The position numbers were made by a program, and so were the translations under genes. The notes under the pieces were generated by a model. That model made no database searches. It was not told where the DNA came from and saw nothing but the letters and a program-made list of their open reading frames with translations. A stretch of 64,000 nt of DNA, from NCBI GenBank assembly GCA_026397405.1, contig JAPLUW010000001.1:407064-471063 (forward strand). The letters run 5' to 3'. Source of the stretch: Candidatus Adlerbacteria bacterium (lineage in GTDB: Bacteria; Patescibacteriota; Minisyncoccia; Phycocordibacterales; SBAW01). Shown here piece after piece: positions 17,579 to 28,363 of the stretch. Within the stretch, counting starts at the first letter, position 1. Every line of letters begins with the position of its first letter.

Positions 17579-19480
17579 TACTACAGGTATTACGATAGGG
17601 CGTTTGTTGGTTTTTTCGAAGAGGAAGCGGGCCACGGCGTCGGTCACATTGTTTTTAACAAAGTCGAAGTTGACTGGGTTCATGCCCTTGGTTGTGTCTT
17701 CAATTGTTTTTTTAACTATAAGGCGAGTCTGGGAAAGCAGCTCCTGGTTTTCGCGTAGGTAGACAAAGCCGCGGGAAATAATGTCAGGACTTTTGCGCAA
17801 GCGGCCGTTCTTTGGGTTCACGGTTGCGATAATCACAAACATTCCTTCCTGTGCCAAAACACTTCTGTCGCGGATAACCACTTCCTGGATGTCGCCAATG
17901 GAGAAGCCGTCAACGAGGCGAAGTGAGTTTGGCGCCATTTCCTTCAAACGCACAAGGCTCTGGCCTTCGTCACGAATTTCGATAATGGTGCCGTTGTCTG
18001 GGACGATAACGTCTTCCTCGCGGCGGCCACAGGCCTTAGCAATTTCCGCATGGGTGCGGAGCATGTAGTGGTACCCGTGCATTGGCATAAAGAATTTCGG
18101 ATTTACACGCATGTGTATCCAAACAAGCTCGTCGCGGTTTGCGTGGCCCGATGCGTGGACGTCCATCGTTTTGCGGTGGATTATTTTTGCACCCTGGCGT
18201 GAAATATTGTCTTTTAGTTTTTGTACGGAACGTTCGTTACCAGGAATGATAGATGACGAAAGCAGCACAACGTCGCTTGGTTTTAGTTTTACGTTTTTAT
18301 GCGTCTTCATCGCGATGCGCATAAGTGCGGCAAATTCGTCGCCCTGTGCACCTGTCGCCAAAATGAGGATTTTATTGTCGGGAATACTTTCAAGTTCTCC
18401 GGGGCCAACGAATGTTTTTTCTGGCACTTTAAGCATGCCGAGTTGTTTAACGATGTCGATGTTAACTTTCATCGAGCGGCCTTCCACCAAAATAGACTTG
18501 CCGCAGTTCGCCGCAGTTTCAATGATATGGATTAAGCGTTCAAGCTGGGACGAGAACGTTCCAATGATAAGCCGCCCCTTGGTGGTCGAAATAATTTCTT
18601 CCATGTTTTTGCGCACCGTACGTTCTGGGATAGAAAAACCGGGCTCTTCGCAGTTGGTCGAGTCGGCCATTAGCATGAGCACGTTTTGGCCTTTAAATAT
18701 TTCCCACTCCTTTTCTTCTTCTTCCGTAGGGACACCGTTAACGTGGTCGAGCTTTAAGTCGCCCGTTGCAACTACCCAGCCGTGTGGAGTCTCGACAATA
18801 ATACCCATCGAGTCGGGGATAGTGTGTGTCACCGAGAAGAAGCGGATTTTTAATTTCCCTGCGCGGACAGTTTCGTTTTTTTCCACTTCGTGGATCGTTA
18901 GGGGTTTGAGGTTAGGAAATTCTTCCTGGCGCTTCTTTATCATTATCGACGTCAGCAAGCGTGTGTACACCTGTGGGTAGCCGATGCGGTCGATGATGTA
19001 GGGGATTGCGCCAATGTGGTCGAGGTGGCCGTGGGTGATAAACATGCCGCGGATCTTGTCTTGGCGGTCTTCCAAATATTTGGTGTTTGGCAAAATGTAG
19101 TCGATACCTGGAGTGCTGTCTTCGCGGAACTGGAAACCGCAGTCGACAATAATAATATCGTCGCCATATTCAATAGCGGTCATGTTGCGGCCGACTTCTT
19201 CAACGCCGCCAAGCGGGATAATGCGCACAACACCTGCCTCAAGCGGCGGGATATACGTATTTTCCCCAGCAAGAGGGGCGGGGGTGTTTGGGTCATGTTC
19301 TTTTATCTCGCGTGCAGGGTGCGCTTGGTGTGGCTTAGGGCCACCACGGCGGTTAAAGTCGTTTCGGCGGTTGCCTTTGCCGCCGCGGCCGCCGTGGGGT
19401 CCGCGAAACGGTTTTTTACCTTCTGTTTTTACTGCTGCGGTCGGTGCCCCACTTGCGCGGGGAGTGGTCTGTTCATCCAT
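17567..19480 (-). CDS. rnj: ribonuclease J (metallo-beta-lactamase/beta-CASP) with Gly/Arg-rich N-terminal extension
   Basis: HxHxDH motif ITHGHLDHIG. Beta-CASP and C-terminal domain length 637 aa. The first ~70 aa are a G/R/P low-complexity region. Confidence 0.9.
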   Translation of the reverse strand: MDEQTTPRASGAPTAAVKTEGKKPFRGPHGGRGGKGNRRNDFNRRGGPKPHQAHPAREIKEHDPNTPAPLAGENTYIPPLEAGVVRIIPLGGVEEVGRNMTAIEYGDDIIIVDCGFQFREDSTPGIDYILPNTKYLEDRQDKIRGMFITHGHLDHIGAIPYIIDRIGYPQVYTRLLTSIMIKKRQEEFPNLKPLTIHEVEKNETVRAGKLKIRFFSVTHTIPDSMGIIVETPHGWVVATGDLKLDHVNGVPTEEEEKEWEIFKGQNVLMLMADSTNCEEPGFSIPERTVRKNMEEIISTTKGRLIIGTFSSQLERLIHIIETAANCGKSILVEGRSMKVNIDIVKQLGMLKVPEKTFVGPGELESIPDNKILILATGAQGDEFAALMRIAMKTHKNVKLKPSDVVLLSSSIIPGNERSVQKLKDNISRQGAKIIHRKTMDVHASGHANRDELVWIHMRVNPKFFMPMHGYHYMLRTHAEIAKACGRREEDVIVPDNGTIIEIRDEGQSLVRLKEMAPNSLRLVDGFSIGDIQEVVIRDRSVLAQEGMFVIIATVNPKNGRLRKSPDIISRGFVYLRENQELLSQTRLIVKKTIEDTTKGMNPVNFDFVKNNVTDAVARFLFEKTNKRPIVIPVVLGV

Positions 19481-19517
19481 ACAATACTGTTAGTTATTAA
19501 TTACTATGGTTATAAAA

Positions 19518-21281
19518 TTAGTGCGCGAACGGCGGCCATACGTGGTCTGTCTCTTTATGCCAAGCGGTGATGCTCAAAAAACGGTCACTTGGTGTTTCTA
19601 CAAACCCAAGGTCAACTCCTGCGAGGTCTTTGGGTACAATATACACGAAATCGGGCGCATAGAGAAATATCGCTGGGATGTCTTTTTTAAGCTCGGCATT
19701 AAATTTTTCGTACAGTGCTGCGCGCTTGGTGTCGTCACTTGTCTGACGTAGTTGTTCAAGTATGGTGTCGGCTGTGGCATTTGCATACAGCGCGATGTTT
19801 AACCCAGGGTCGTTGCGCTGGCTCGAGTCCCAAAAGGCAAACAAGTCGAGTTCGCGTCCCACTACTTCGCCAAACAACAATGCGTCGTACTTGCGTGGGC
19901 GGATAACATTTTGCGACAGGTCGCCCTGGTCGTACATTTGTATGTCAACACGTGCACCAACTTTTTCCCACGTCATGCGCAAATATTCTGCAGCGGCGCG
20001 CAGTTCAGGTACGTTACCTGTCGCAAGCGAAAACTCCAGAGTCTCTGTGTGTGCCGTTTTGCCGCTACCTACTGTTTTTTGCATCAACTTTTCCGGACCC
20101 ATTTTCCACCCAGCTTTTTGTAGTTCGGCTTGGGCTTTTGCTATGAGTGCATCGTTGGTTGTTGTTGCCCCCGCGTTTGTGGTGGCGTTTTGGTTCTGCA
20201 ACATGCTTGGCGGCACGGGCCCGGTTAGGGGTGTGCCGTACCCGCCGAGCACCTGGGCGACAAGTGCGTCGCGGTCTATAGAGTCGTTTAATGCTTGGCG
20301 GACATCCTTTTCACGCAGCAGCGCCGACTGATTTTGATTAAAAAATACACCAAACACGCGGTTAAGCGACGACTGGTCAACGGTAAAACCTTTCAACTGT
20401 GTAAGTGCTGCGGGCGAGATACCGCTTGCGGCCTCTATCTGGCCGCTTTTGATAGCACCAACCAGGTCGTCTTCGCTCTGGTAAAAGTGGAATGTCAAAC
20501 TTTCAAGGTAGGGCTCGCCGAGTGCGTAGCCTGCAAACGAGTCGAGTATATACGACGATGGTATTCCAGACGATGTTCTTGAAATTGAGTGCACGCGGAA
20601 CGGGCCGGAACCGACAGGTGAGGTGTTTAAGTCGCTAAATGGAATTTCGTCATCGCTGACAGTTTGCCAAAGTGCTTTTGGTAAAATTCCGAGTGTAAGG
20701 TTTGCTATAAACGGGGCATAGGGTGCCTTTAATGTAAATTGCACTGTGTGCGGGTCTAGTTCTTTTACGACAACGCCGTCCCAGTTGGCGCGTTCGGGAC
20801 TTTTAAGCTGAGGGTCTTGGGTTTTTTGTATAGTAAAGAGTACATCGTCGGCAGTGACAGGCGTCCCGTTGTGGAATGTGGCATCTGGGCGCAGTTTAAA
20901 TGTGTACGTTCTGCCGTCGTCTGAAATGGTATAGCTTTCTGCCAAGTCGGGTACGTAGTCGCCTTTTGGTGTTGCTTGCAGGAGCCCCGAATATACTAAT
21001 GCGGAAAGGTCACGGTCGGCGTCGGAAATTGCCAAAATAGGGTTGATAAACCGGGGTGCACCGATAATACCTTCCGAAAGTGTGCCGCCGCGCAGGGGAA
21101 CAGCCACAAGCAGCTGTTCGTTTAATAAGTACACAAGGCCAATGGTGCTCACGAGCAAAAGCCCTGCAAAAAAAAGGAACAGTGCGCGCCCACTTGCCGA
21201 AAAGGAACGAAAAGTGTCTTCCGCTGTTTCTATAAGCGGGGAATACCACGACTGTGAGGCCTTGCGCCAAAACGTACGCAT
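19518..21281 (-). CDS. ABC transporter substrate-binding protein, family 5 (peptide/oligopeptide-binding, OppA-like)
   Basis: N-terminal TM/signal anchor. 587 aa with SBP_bac_5-like topology, including the conserved WxxxD near the N-terminal lobe and G-x-Y-x-L. Confidence 0.75.
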   Translation of the reverse strand: MRTFWRKASQSWYSPLIETAEDTFRSFSASGRALFLFFAGLLLVSTIGLVYLLNEQLLVAVPLRGGTLSEGIIGAPRFINPILAISDADRDLSALVYSGLLQATPKGDYVPDLAESYTISDDGRTYTFKLRPDATFHNGTPVTADDVLFTIQKTQDPQLKSPERANWDGVVVKELDPHTVQFTLKAPYAPFIANLTLGILPKALWQTVSDDEIPFSDLNTSPVGSGPFRVHSISRTSSGIPSSYILDSFAGYALGEPYLESLTFHFYQSEDDLVGAIKSGQIEAASGISPAALTQLKGFTVDQSSLNRVFGVFFNQNQSALLREKDVRQALNDSIDRDALVAQVLGGYGTPLTGPVPPSMLQNQNATTNAGATTTNDALIAKAQAELQKAGWKMGPEKLMQKTVGSGKTAHTETLEFSLATGNVPELRAAAEYLRMTWEKVGARVDIQMYDQGDLSQNVIRPRKYDALLFGEVVGRELDLFAFWDSSQRNDPGLNIALYANATADTILEQLRQTSDDTKRAALYEKFNAELKKDIPAIFLYAPDFVYIVPKDLAGVDLGFVETPSDRFLSITAWHKETDHVWPPFAH

Positions 21282-21310
21282 ATATAGTTACACCCCGCGA
21301 GGGGTAAGAG

Positions 21311-21541
21311 TTAGTGGATGATGAGGGCTACAAACGCCGACAGTGCGAACAAGACGCCTACAATAAGAGTCGTATAGAAGAGATATTTTTCCATGCCGCG
21401 GCGAGTATGGTATGCCGCGCTAAAGTTGTCTCCGCCGAACGCGCCACCAAGCGATGCCCCGGTCTGTTGCAACAAGATACAGACAATAAGCAGCACGGCG
21501 AGCACTATTTGTATGTAGGGCAATATGCCCTGTAGGGTCAT
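21311..21541 (-). CDS. secG: preprotein translocase subunit SecG
   Basis: 76 aa, two TM helices, LLQQTGASLGGAFGG motif. Confidence 0.85.
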   Translation of the reverse strand: MTLQGILPYIQIVLAVLLIVCILLQQTGASLGGAFGGDNFSAAYHTRRGMEKYLFYTTLIVGVLFALSAFVALIIH

Positions 21542-21589
21542 TACCTATAACCCTAGCATAGGGTAAAAAAGGGTGCAATGGTGTCAATC

Positions 21590-21617
21590 TTGACCCTTTC
21601 CCTTGTTCGACTATAGT
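21590..21617 (+). promoter_or_regulatory. sigma-70-like promoter of groES (-35 TTGACC, 16-nt spacer, -10 TATAGT)
   Basis: TTGACC at 21590..21595 and TATAGT at 21612..21617, 11 nt upstream of the groES ATG. A palindrome ACCCTAGCATAGGGT lies at 21550..21564 between the divergent secG and groES. Confidence 0.5.
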
Positions 21618-21627
21618 TTGTACTACT

Positions 21628-22020
21628 ATGAAAAAGACTAATAAGAAGAAAGCACAAAAGCCTATTAGTAAAAAGACCGTCAAAAAAACAGTTTCTGCGG
21701 TTAGCCTTAGTAAGGATACAAACAAGTCGGGTATAACCCCTATGGGTGACCGTGTGCTTGTGCAGCCAATTTCTAAAGAAGACACAACTACGTCGTTTGG
21801 AATTATTATCCCCGACACTGTCAGCAAAGAAAAAGCTGAACAGGGCACGGTGGTGGCTGTGGGTGCCGGAAAGAAGAACGACGAAGGTAAAGTTATCCCC
21901 CTGTCGGTTAAAGTTGGAGACAAAATTATGTTTTCTAAATACGGCTTTGATGAAATTAAAGTCGCAGGTGTCGAATACTATATATTGCCCGAAAGTAGCA
22001 TTTTAGCCGTACTAAACTAA
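21628..22020 (+). CDS. groES: co-chaperonin GroES with Lys-rich N-terminal extension
   Basis: GroES core ITPMGDRVLVQP...AGVEYYIL preceded by ~35 aa of K/T-rich sequence. Confidence 0.9.
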   Translation: MKKTNKKKAQKPISKKTVKKTVSAVSLSKDTNKSGITPMGDRVLVQPISKEDTTTSFGIIIPDTVSKEKAEQGTVVAVGAGKKNDEGKVIPLSVKVGDKIMFSKYGFDEIKVAGVEYYILPESSILAVLN

Positions 22021-23682
<1,662 letters not shown>

Positions 23683-23702
23683 CGAATTCTCAAATAATTT
23701 CA

Positions 23703-23740
23703 AAAACCGCCCCTCCAAACGAAAGGGGTGGTTTTTGTTT
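23703..23740 (+). terminator. rho-independent terminator
   Basis: AACCGCCCCTCC...GGGGTGGTTTTT after groEL. Confidence 0.65.
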
Positions 23741-23777
23741 TGCACGCTGTCTATATATAAGGTACTTTGATATGCAC

Positions 23778-23865
23778 GGAGGCGTCGGATAGTGGTTTAT
23801 TCCACCATCTTGGAAAGATGGCATACCGCAAGGTATCGTGAGTTCAAATCTCACCGCCTCCGCCA
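23778..23865 (+). tRNA. tRNA-Ser (anticodon GGA), CCA encoded
   Basis: Manual fold: acceptor GGAGGCG/CGCCTCC, anticodon loop TTGGAAA, long variable arm, T-loop TTCAAAT, G73. Confidence 0.85.
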
Positions 23866-23892
23866 TAAGAAAATTGTCTATAATTGCAGTAC

Positions 23893-23982
23893 GGAGAGAT
23901 GGATGAGTGGTTTAAATCAACAGTTTACTAAACTGTCGACCCTTAATTGGGTCCGCGAGTTCGAATCTCGCTCTCTCCGCCA
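23893..23982 (+). tRNA. Ser-type tRNA (long variable arm, G73) with apparent anticodon ACU; its 3' end overlaps the left inverted repeat of the mobile element
   Basis: Manual fold: acceptor GGAGAGA/TCTCTCC, D stem GAT/ATC, anticodon stem ACAGT/ACTGT, loop TTACTAA, T-loop TTCGAAT, CCA encoded. Confidence 0.75.
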
Positions 23983-24096
23983 AAATTCGGAATTCAAATT
24001 TCCGCCAAAAATATGGTCGGCGCGAAGCGCCGTCTGTTCTGCATTCCCCCCAAAAAATTCTGATTCAGAAAGGATTTTCCACGCTCCGCGTGGCTC
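23977..24096. repeat. IR1-L: 120-nt inverted repeat (partner 25341..25452, 119/120 identical)
   Basis: Reverse complement of 25341..25452. Contains the dyad site CCACGC-TCC-GCGTGG at 24079..24093. Overlaps the last ~34 codons of the recombinase gene and the tRNA 3' end. Confidence 0.9.
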
Positions 24097-25319
24097 AAAA
24101 TTCGATCCTTAATTTGAAAGTTCGAACCGACTTTTTTGAACAAATGAATATTTTCCTCATTTGTTCGGTCGTTTGCCAATTCCATATTGTATTTCAAAAA
24201 CTTTTCGGTAAGTTCGAACCGATTATTCGCTTTTATACCGTCCGCAAAAAGCGTACTCGATTGGACTTCCGATTGCCGATCTTTTGCATTCTCGGCAATC
24301 ATCCAATTTGCCCAATCGAGCGGCAAAGAAACTTTTTTGATTTCCTCTTGAATTTGAGAAGTGATGAGTTCCTCGCGGACATACTTCTGCTCACAAGGAT
24401 TTTTCCGTTTGGTACACCGCAAATAGTGATGACCTTTTTGTTGCTCGGTTGTTATAAAACATCCACATTCTCCGCAACGGAAAAATCCTCTGTACAAAAA
24501 TAGTTTCAGTCCTTTGGAGTGAGGTTTACTTTTCCTCATCATCACTTCTTGAACGGAATCAAAAAGTTTCTTTGTGATAATCGGTTCGTGCTTTCCCTCA
24601 AAAATCTCTCCGTTATATCGCATTAGACCAGTGTAAATAGGATTTTTGAGAAGTTTTTGATAATTCGACACCGCAAGCTCTCTACCGCTTTTTCTTTTCA
24701 ATCCAAGCCCATTAAACTTGTCGCGGACTTCCCTCAAAGTGAAGTTTCCAGTTGCATATGCCTCAAATGTCTTTTTCACTAAAATCGAAAGTTCGGGATG
24801 AGGCACAATACCTTTTCCTTTCTCGTTCACATAGCCAATCGGAGACATTTGAGGCCATATTCCTTCCTTCACTTTGTTTCTGTGTCCGCGCTTAATATTC
24901 TCCGACAAGTTATCTACATAATACTTGGATTGCGAAAAAGCGATTGAGAGCATGAATTTCCCTTGCGGTGTCGGATCAAACCAAAAAGTTGGAAATTTCA
25001 TTTCTACGATTACGCCAGTATCAACGAGGTAGATTATTTTTCCTCCATCTACCGAGTTGCGAGCAAGTCTATCGGGATGCCACGCCAAAATACCAGACGC
25101 CTCGCCTTTTTCCATTCGCTCCACCATTTCATTAAACACAGGGCGACCTGGTATTTTGGCGGTCTGCTTTTCGACAAAGACATCAACCACTTCCAGTTGT
25201 TCTTTCAACGCGAGTTCTTTTAACTCACTCAACTGGTCGGAAATACTGCGGACTTGTCTGTCTTTGTCGTCCGTAGACTTGCGAGTATAAATGAAAAACT
25301 TTTTGGTTTGATTATTCAT
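23994..25319 (-). CDS. large serine recombinase (resolvase/invertase catalytic domain + recombinase domain + zinc ribbon)
   Basis: N-terminal YTRKSTDD...ISDQ...LAWHPDRLARN resolvase fold with nucleophilic Ser. Central recombinase domain. Cys-rich zinc ribbon CGECGCF...YLRC. 441 aa. Confidence 0.9.
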   Translation of the reverse strand: MNNQTKKFFIYTRKSTDDKDRQVRSISDQLSELKELALKEQLEVVDVFVEKQTAKIPGRPVFNEMVERMEKGEASGILAWHPDRLARNSVDGGKIIYLVDTGVIVEMKFPTFWFDPTPQGKFMLSIAFSQSKYYVDNLSENIKRGHRNKVKEGIWPQMSPIGYVNEKGKGIVPHPELSILVKKTFEAYATGNFTLREVRDKFNGLGLKRKSGRELAVSNYQKLLKNPIYTGLMRYNGEIFEGKHEPIITKKLFDSVQEVMMRKSKPHSKGLKLFLYRGFFRCGECGCFITTEQQKGHHYLRCTKRKNPCEQKYVREELITSQIQEEIKKVSLPLDWANWMIAENAKDRQSEVQSSTLFADGIKANNRFELTEKFLKYNMELANDRTNEENIHLFKKVGSNFQIKDRILSHAERGKSFLNQNFLGGMQNRRRFAPTIFLAEI

Positions 25320-25340
25320 AGATTTGTATTGGCAAACGAC

Positions 25341-25452
25341 GAGCCACGCGGAGCGTGGAAAATCCTTTCTGAATCAGAGTTTTTTGGGGGGAATGCAGAA
25401 CAGACGGCGCTTCGCGCCGACCATATTTTTGGCGGAAATTTGAATTCCGAAT
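25341..25452. repeat. IR1-R: inverted partner of IR1-L
   Basis: Contains CCACGC-GGA-GCGTGG at 25344..25358. Confidence 0.9.
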
Positions 25453-25661
25453 TTTGGCGGTGTGTATTAAACAAAGTTCGAATGTATTTTGAGTTGAATC
25501 CTGACTCCGACTAATCGCACGCGCGGAGCGCGTAGTGGCTCTGGATTGAACCGTACGCCCCGATTGCGTGGGGAAACGAACCAATGCGCCTCGGACAGTC
25601 TCCTCCCCCCACCCCTCCACCGCGAAGCGGAAAAAGAAATGGAAAGGAAATTTTTGGTTTT
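25449..25661. repeat. IR2-L: ~213-nt inverted repeat (partner 35209..35431), identical except two indels
   Basis: Reverse complement of 35209..35431 is identical over ~165 nt. There is a 48-nt insertion here and a 57-nt insertion in the partner. Contains ACGCGC-GGA-GCGCGT at 25511..25525. Confidence 0.9.
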
Positions 25662-25744
25662 GCTTCGCCGTTGTCAATAATCTCATCTATTGTAATATAT
25701 CACATTATTGATATACGGCACAACAAACTGATACACTATAAACT

Positions 25745-25957
25745 GTGGATATGAAAACATCATCAATAAAACTGGGGAAAAACATAAAGCGCATACGAGA
25801 GCGAAAGAAAATGTCGCAAGGCGACATTTGTCGTGCACTCGGCTTTGATCGCGCTCAAATGAGTAATATTGAGGGCGGTAAGGGAAACCCGACACTTGCT
25901 ACTATTGAAAAAATCGCCCAAGCATTAGGAGTCGCTAGCGACGAACTTTTGAAATAA
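25745..25957 (+). CDS. XRE-family HTH transcriptional regulator
   Basis: 70 aa with a Cro/C1-type HTH (QGDICRALGFDRAQMSNIEGG...TLATIEKIAQALGV). Confidence 0.85.
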   Translation: MDMKTSSIKLGKNIKRIRERKKMSQGDICRALGFDRAQMSNIEGGKGNPTLATIEKIAQALGVASDELLK

Positions 25958-25959
25958 AT

Positions 25960-26823
25960 ATGACAACAAAAATATACAAATTCATACCACTCACACTGCT
26001 CGCACTATTTGTCTTCGCTCCGAGTCTTGTTCTAGCCCATCAACCTCGCATTACCGAGAGCAGGCAAACACAAGTCCCTAGTCCAGAAATTTCCAAAGCG
26101 TATTACGGCAAGCTTACCGGCGAGCCAGATGTCTATGTCATACAGGCAAGCGAGCCCTTTGATCTCTACGTCAATATACTCGTCCCCGATATTGCCGGCC
26201 AAAAGAAAGATGTCTCTGCCGTAGTCATTAAAGACGGCAATGTTGAAAAACCTCTGGCAGTTCTTGACGGTATACATTTTGAATGGAAGAAGTTTTATGA
26301 ACCTTTTGGTGCTGACAGCTACTGGATGGGGCCAGAGTACAAGGCCCGCGCAGTAGCTGGTATGTATGAGATCCGCGTATCGAGCCCAAACAACGACAGC
26401 AAGTACTCACTCGCCATCGGCGAGATAGAAGCTTTTGACGGCAAGGAGGGATTGAATGCACTCACTGTCATCCCCGAGCTAAAGAAAAACTTTTTTGAAG
26501 TATCTCCAATAAGTTTTATTAAATCACCGTTCGGCTGGGGACTTATCGTGGTTATGTATATTCTTGCGTTCATTGTGGGCTTCATCTACCGCACAATTTT
26601 GAAAAAGTTTGCCAAAAATTCTTCCCGTGGCGTTGCCCGAAATATCGGCAAGCCCGACCGCTTGCTCCGTGCGGTCATCGGCGTAGCATTACTCCTATGG
26701 GCTATCACCACCACATGGAGCCCTATCCTCATCTTCTTCTCCGGCTTCGCATTCTTTGAGTCGATATTTAGCTGGTGTGGATTTTATGCAGCTCTCGGCA
26801 AAAACACCTGCCCGGTGGAGTAA
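25960..26823 (+). CDS. secreted/membrane protein with C-terminal DUF2892-like (YgaP-type) TM domain
   Basis: Signal peptide. Soluble ~190-aa domain. C-terminal two-TM segment ending SWCGFYAALGKNTCP, typical of DUF2892. Confidence 0.6.
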   Translation: MTTKIYKFIPLTLLALFVFAPSLVLAHQPRITESRQTQVPSPEISKAYYGKLTGEPDVYVIQASEPFDLYVNILVPDIAGQKKDVSAVVIKDGNVEKPLAVLDGIHFEWKKFYEPFGADSYWMGPEYKARAVAGMYEIRVSSPNNDSKYSLAIGEIEAFDGKEGLNALTVIPELKKNFFEVSPISFIKSPFGWGLIVVMYILAFIVGFIYRTILKKFAKNSSRGVARNIGKPDRLLRAVIGVALLLWAITTTWSPILIFFSGFAFFESIFSWCGFYAALGKNTCPVE

Positions 26824-26943
26824 AAATTTACGGCCAAAGTATCACTTGCCACTGAAGATTGGGGTTCGCAAATAGGATGGGGAGGGAATAGTGGCTATTG
26901 AAAAATAAAGTTTATAATAGAAGTAAGGACTGAAGATACATAA

Positions 26944-27210
26944 ATGGATACTATAACCATACACACGATTGCCATCATTGCGTTTATTATCTGGAGTTTT
27001 CCTCTGGGATTGTTTCGCAGTCGATTTAGGAAGATGGTCTATCAAACTGATAGCTGGTGGATTAATGTAAAGCCCGTTTTTTGGGAGGAGATCAAAGTGC
27101 TTTTTGGCTTTCATCAGCGCACGAAGAGGGCAGAGTTGCGGCTGATTAATTTCTATCGTTTTTATCTGATCGTATACTTCGCTATTTTAATTTTAATACT
27201 ATCAACCTGA
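26944..27210 (+). CDS. small membrane protein (hypothetical)
   Basis: 88 aa with two hydrophobic helices. Followed by hairpin 27309..27350. Confidence 0.45.
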   Translation: MDTITIHTIAIIAFIIWSFPLGLFRSRFRKMVYQTDSWWINVKPVFWEEIKVLFGFHQRTKRAELRLINFYRFYLIVYFAILILILST

Positions 27211-27352
27211 TAGATAAATACTACCTACACCTTGTACTCATACCATGAGAAGCCCACATGAGCGCCACCCTCCTGGCTTTTTTAGTTGGGTGGGGGAGGT
27301 GGTAGAATAAAACGTAAATTTAGTCGATATTCGTGTATAATTTACGTTTTTC

Positions 27353-27381
27353 TTGACTTATTTTAATAAATAGACTATAAT
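27353..27381 (+). promoter_or_regulatory. consensus sigma-70 promoter upstream of fic (-35 TTGACT, 17-nt spacer, -10 TATAAT)
   Basis: TTGACT at 27353..27358 and TATAAT at 27376..27381, 14 nt before the ATG. Preceded by an 11-bp-arm hairpin plus T-run (27309..27350). Confidence 0.55.
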
Positions 27382-27395
27382 TTGAGTAAATATTT

Positions 27396-28289
27396 ATGAA
27401 AAATATACCCAAAAAAGTCCAAAATATCATAGATTTAAAAAAGAAATTCGATGCTCTTAAAAAGGGCAAAGATTCTCTTTTAACTATTCTTGAAGATGTA
27501 GAGTTGGCGGAATCTGTTTATAACTCAAATGCTATTGAAAACAGCACACTTACTCTACCTGACACAGAAAAAATACTATTGGATCTGGAAGTTTCTAAGG
27601 ATTATTCTTTACGTGAAGTTTTTGAAGCCAAAAATCTAGCTCGTGTATATGAATACATAAAGATAAAAAAAGATAGTATTGTTCTTAATCAAAAAACAAT
27701 GCTTTTTCTCCATAGCCTGCTTATTGGTGGCATAGATGATTCGATTGCTGGCAGGTTTAGAAAAGAGAGCGAATATGTCAGAGTTGGCAAACATGTAGCT
27801 CCAGCGCCAGAACATGTAATACGAATGATCGAGGTAATTCTCGATGAATACAAATCAAATCATGATGCAAATGTATTTGCCAAGATTGCTCACTTCCATT
27901 TACAGTTTGAAACAATACATCCATTTTGTGATGGGAATGGGCGTATTGGGCGTGTATTAATAAATCTGCAACTTCAGGAATTTGGTTATCCAAATATAAT
28001 TATTCGTGATAAAGAAAAGCAAGTTTATTATAGAACTTTTACACATTTTCGTGATACAAAATCAACAAAGCAAATGGAGAAAGTTATACATCTTGCATTG
28101 TTAGAGGGTTTACACAAAAGGATTGCATATTTAGAAAGCGCAACCATAGTCACTCTTTCTGCTTACGCAAAGAAACATTCATTACCCCTTGCAAATCTTA
28201 TCAATAGCGGAAGACGACAAACTATTCCAGCTTTTCGTGAAAAGGGTATTTGGAAAATAGGAGTTGAATATAAAAAAATAGATTTATGA
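27396..28289 (+). CDS. Fic family protein (AMPylator/NMP-transferase) with N-terminal inhibitory motif
   Basis: Fic motif HPFCDGNGRIGR. N-terminal [ST]xxxE[GN]-type inhibitory motif SNAIEN. Confidence 0.9.
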   Translation: MKNIPKKVQNIIDLKKKFDALKKGKDSLLTILEDVELAESVYNSNAIENSTLTLPDTEKILLDLEVSKDYSLREVFEAKNLARVYEYIKIKKDSIVLNQKTMLFLHSLLIGGIDDSIAGRFRKESEYVRVGKHVAPAPEHVIRMIEVILDEYKSNHDANVFAKIAHFHLQFETIHPFCDGNGRIGRVLINLQLQEFGYPNIIIRDKEKQVYYRTFTHFRDTKSTKQMEKVIHLALLEGLHKRIAYLESATIVTLSAYAKKHSLPLANLINSGRRQTIPAFREKGIWKIGVEYKKIDL

Positions 28290-28363
28290 AGAAAATTATT
28301 TAAAAATTGCAAAGGAGTATCTGTCTAAAAACTAATTTCATATACAAATGGTATAATAAATGT

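Noticed and set aside
21542-21627. Looked for a CIRCE element (TTAGCACTC-N9-GAGTGCTAA) upstream of groES
   Set aside because: CIRCE is absent. Only a short ACCCTA-GCA-TAGGGT palindrome is present, and it is noted as part of the promoter feature instead.
25254-25686. ORFs 25254..25514(+) and 25312..25686(-), and 35192..35438(+) counterparts
   Set aside because: They are encoded entirely within the inverted repeats. The similar peptides on both sides are a consequence of the repeat, not evidence of genes.
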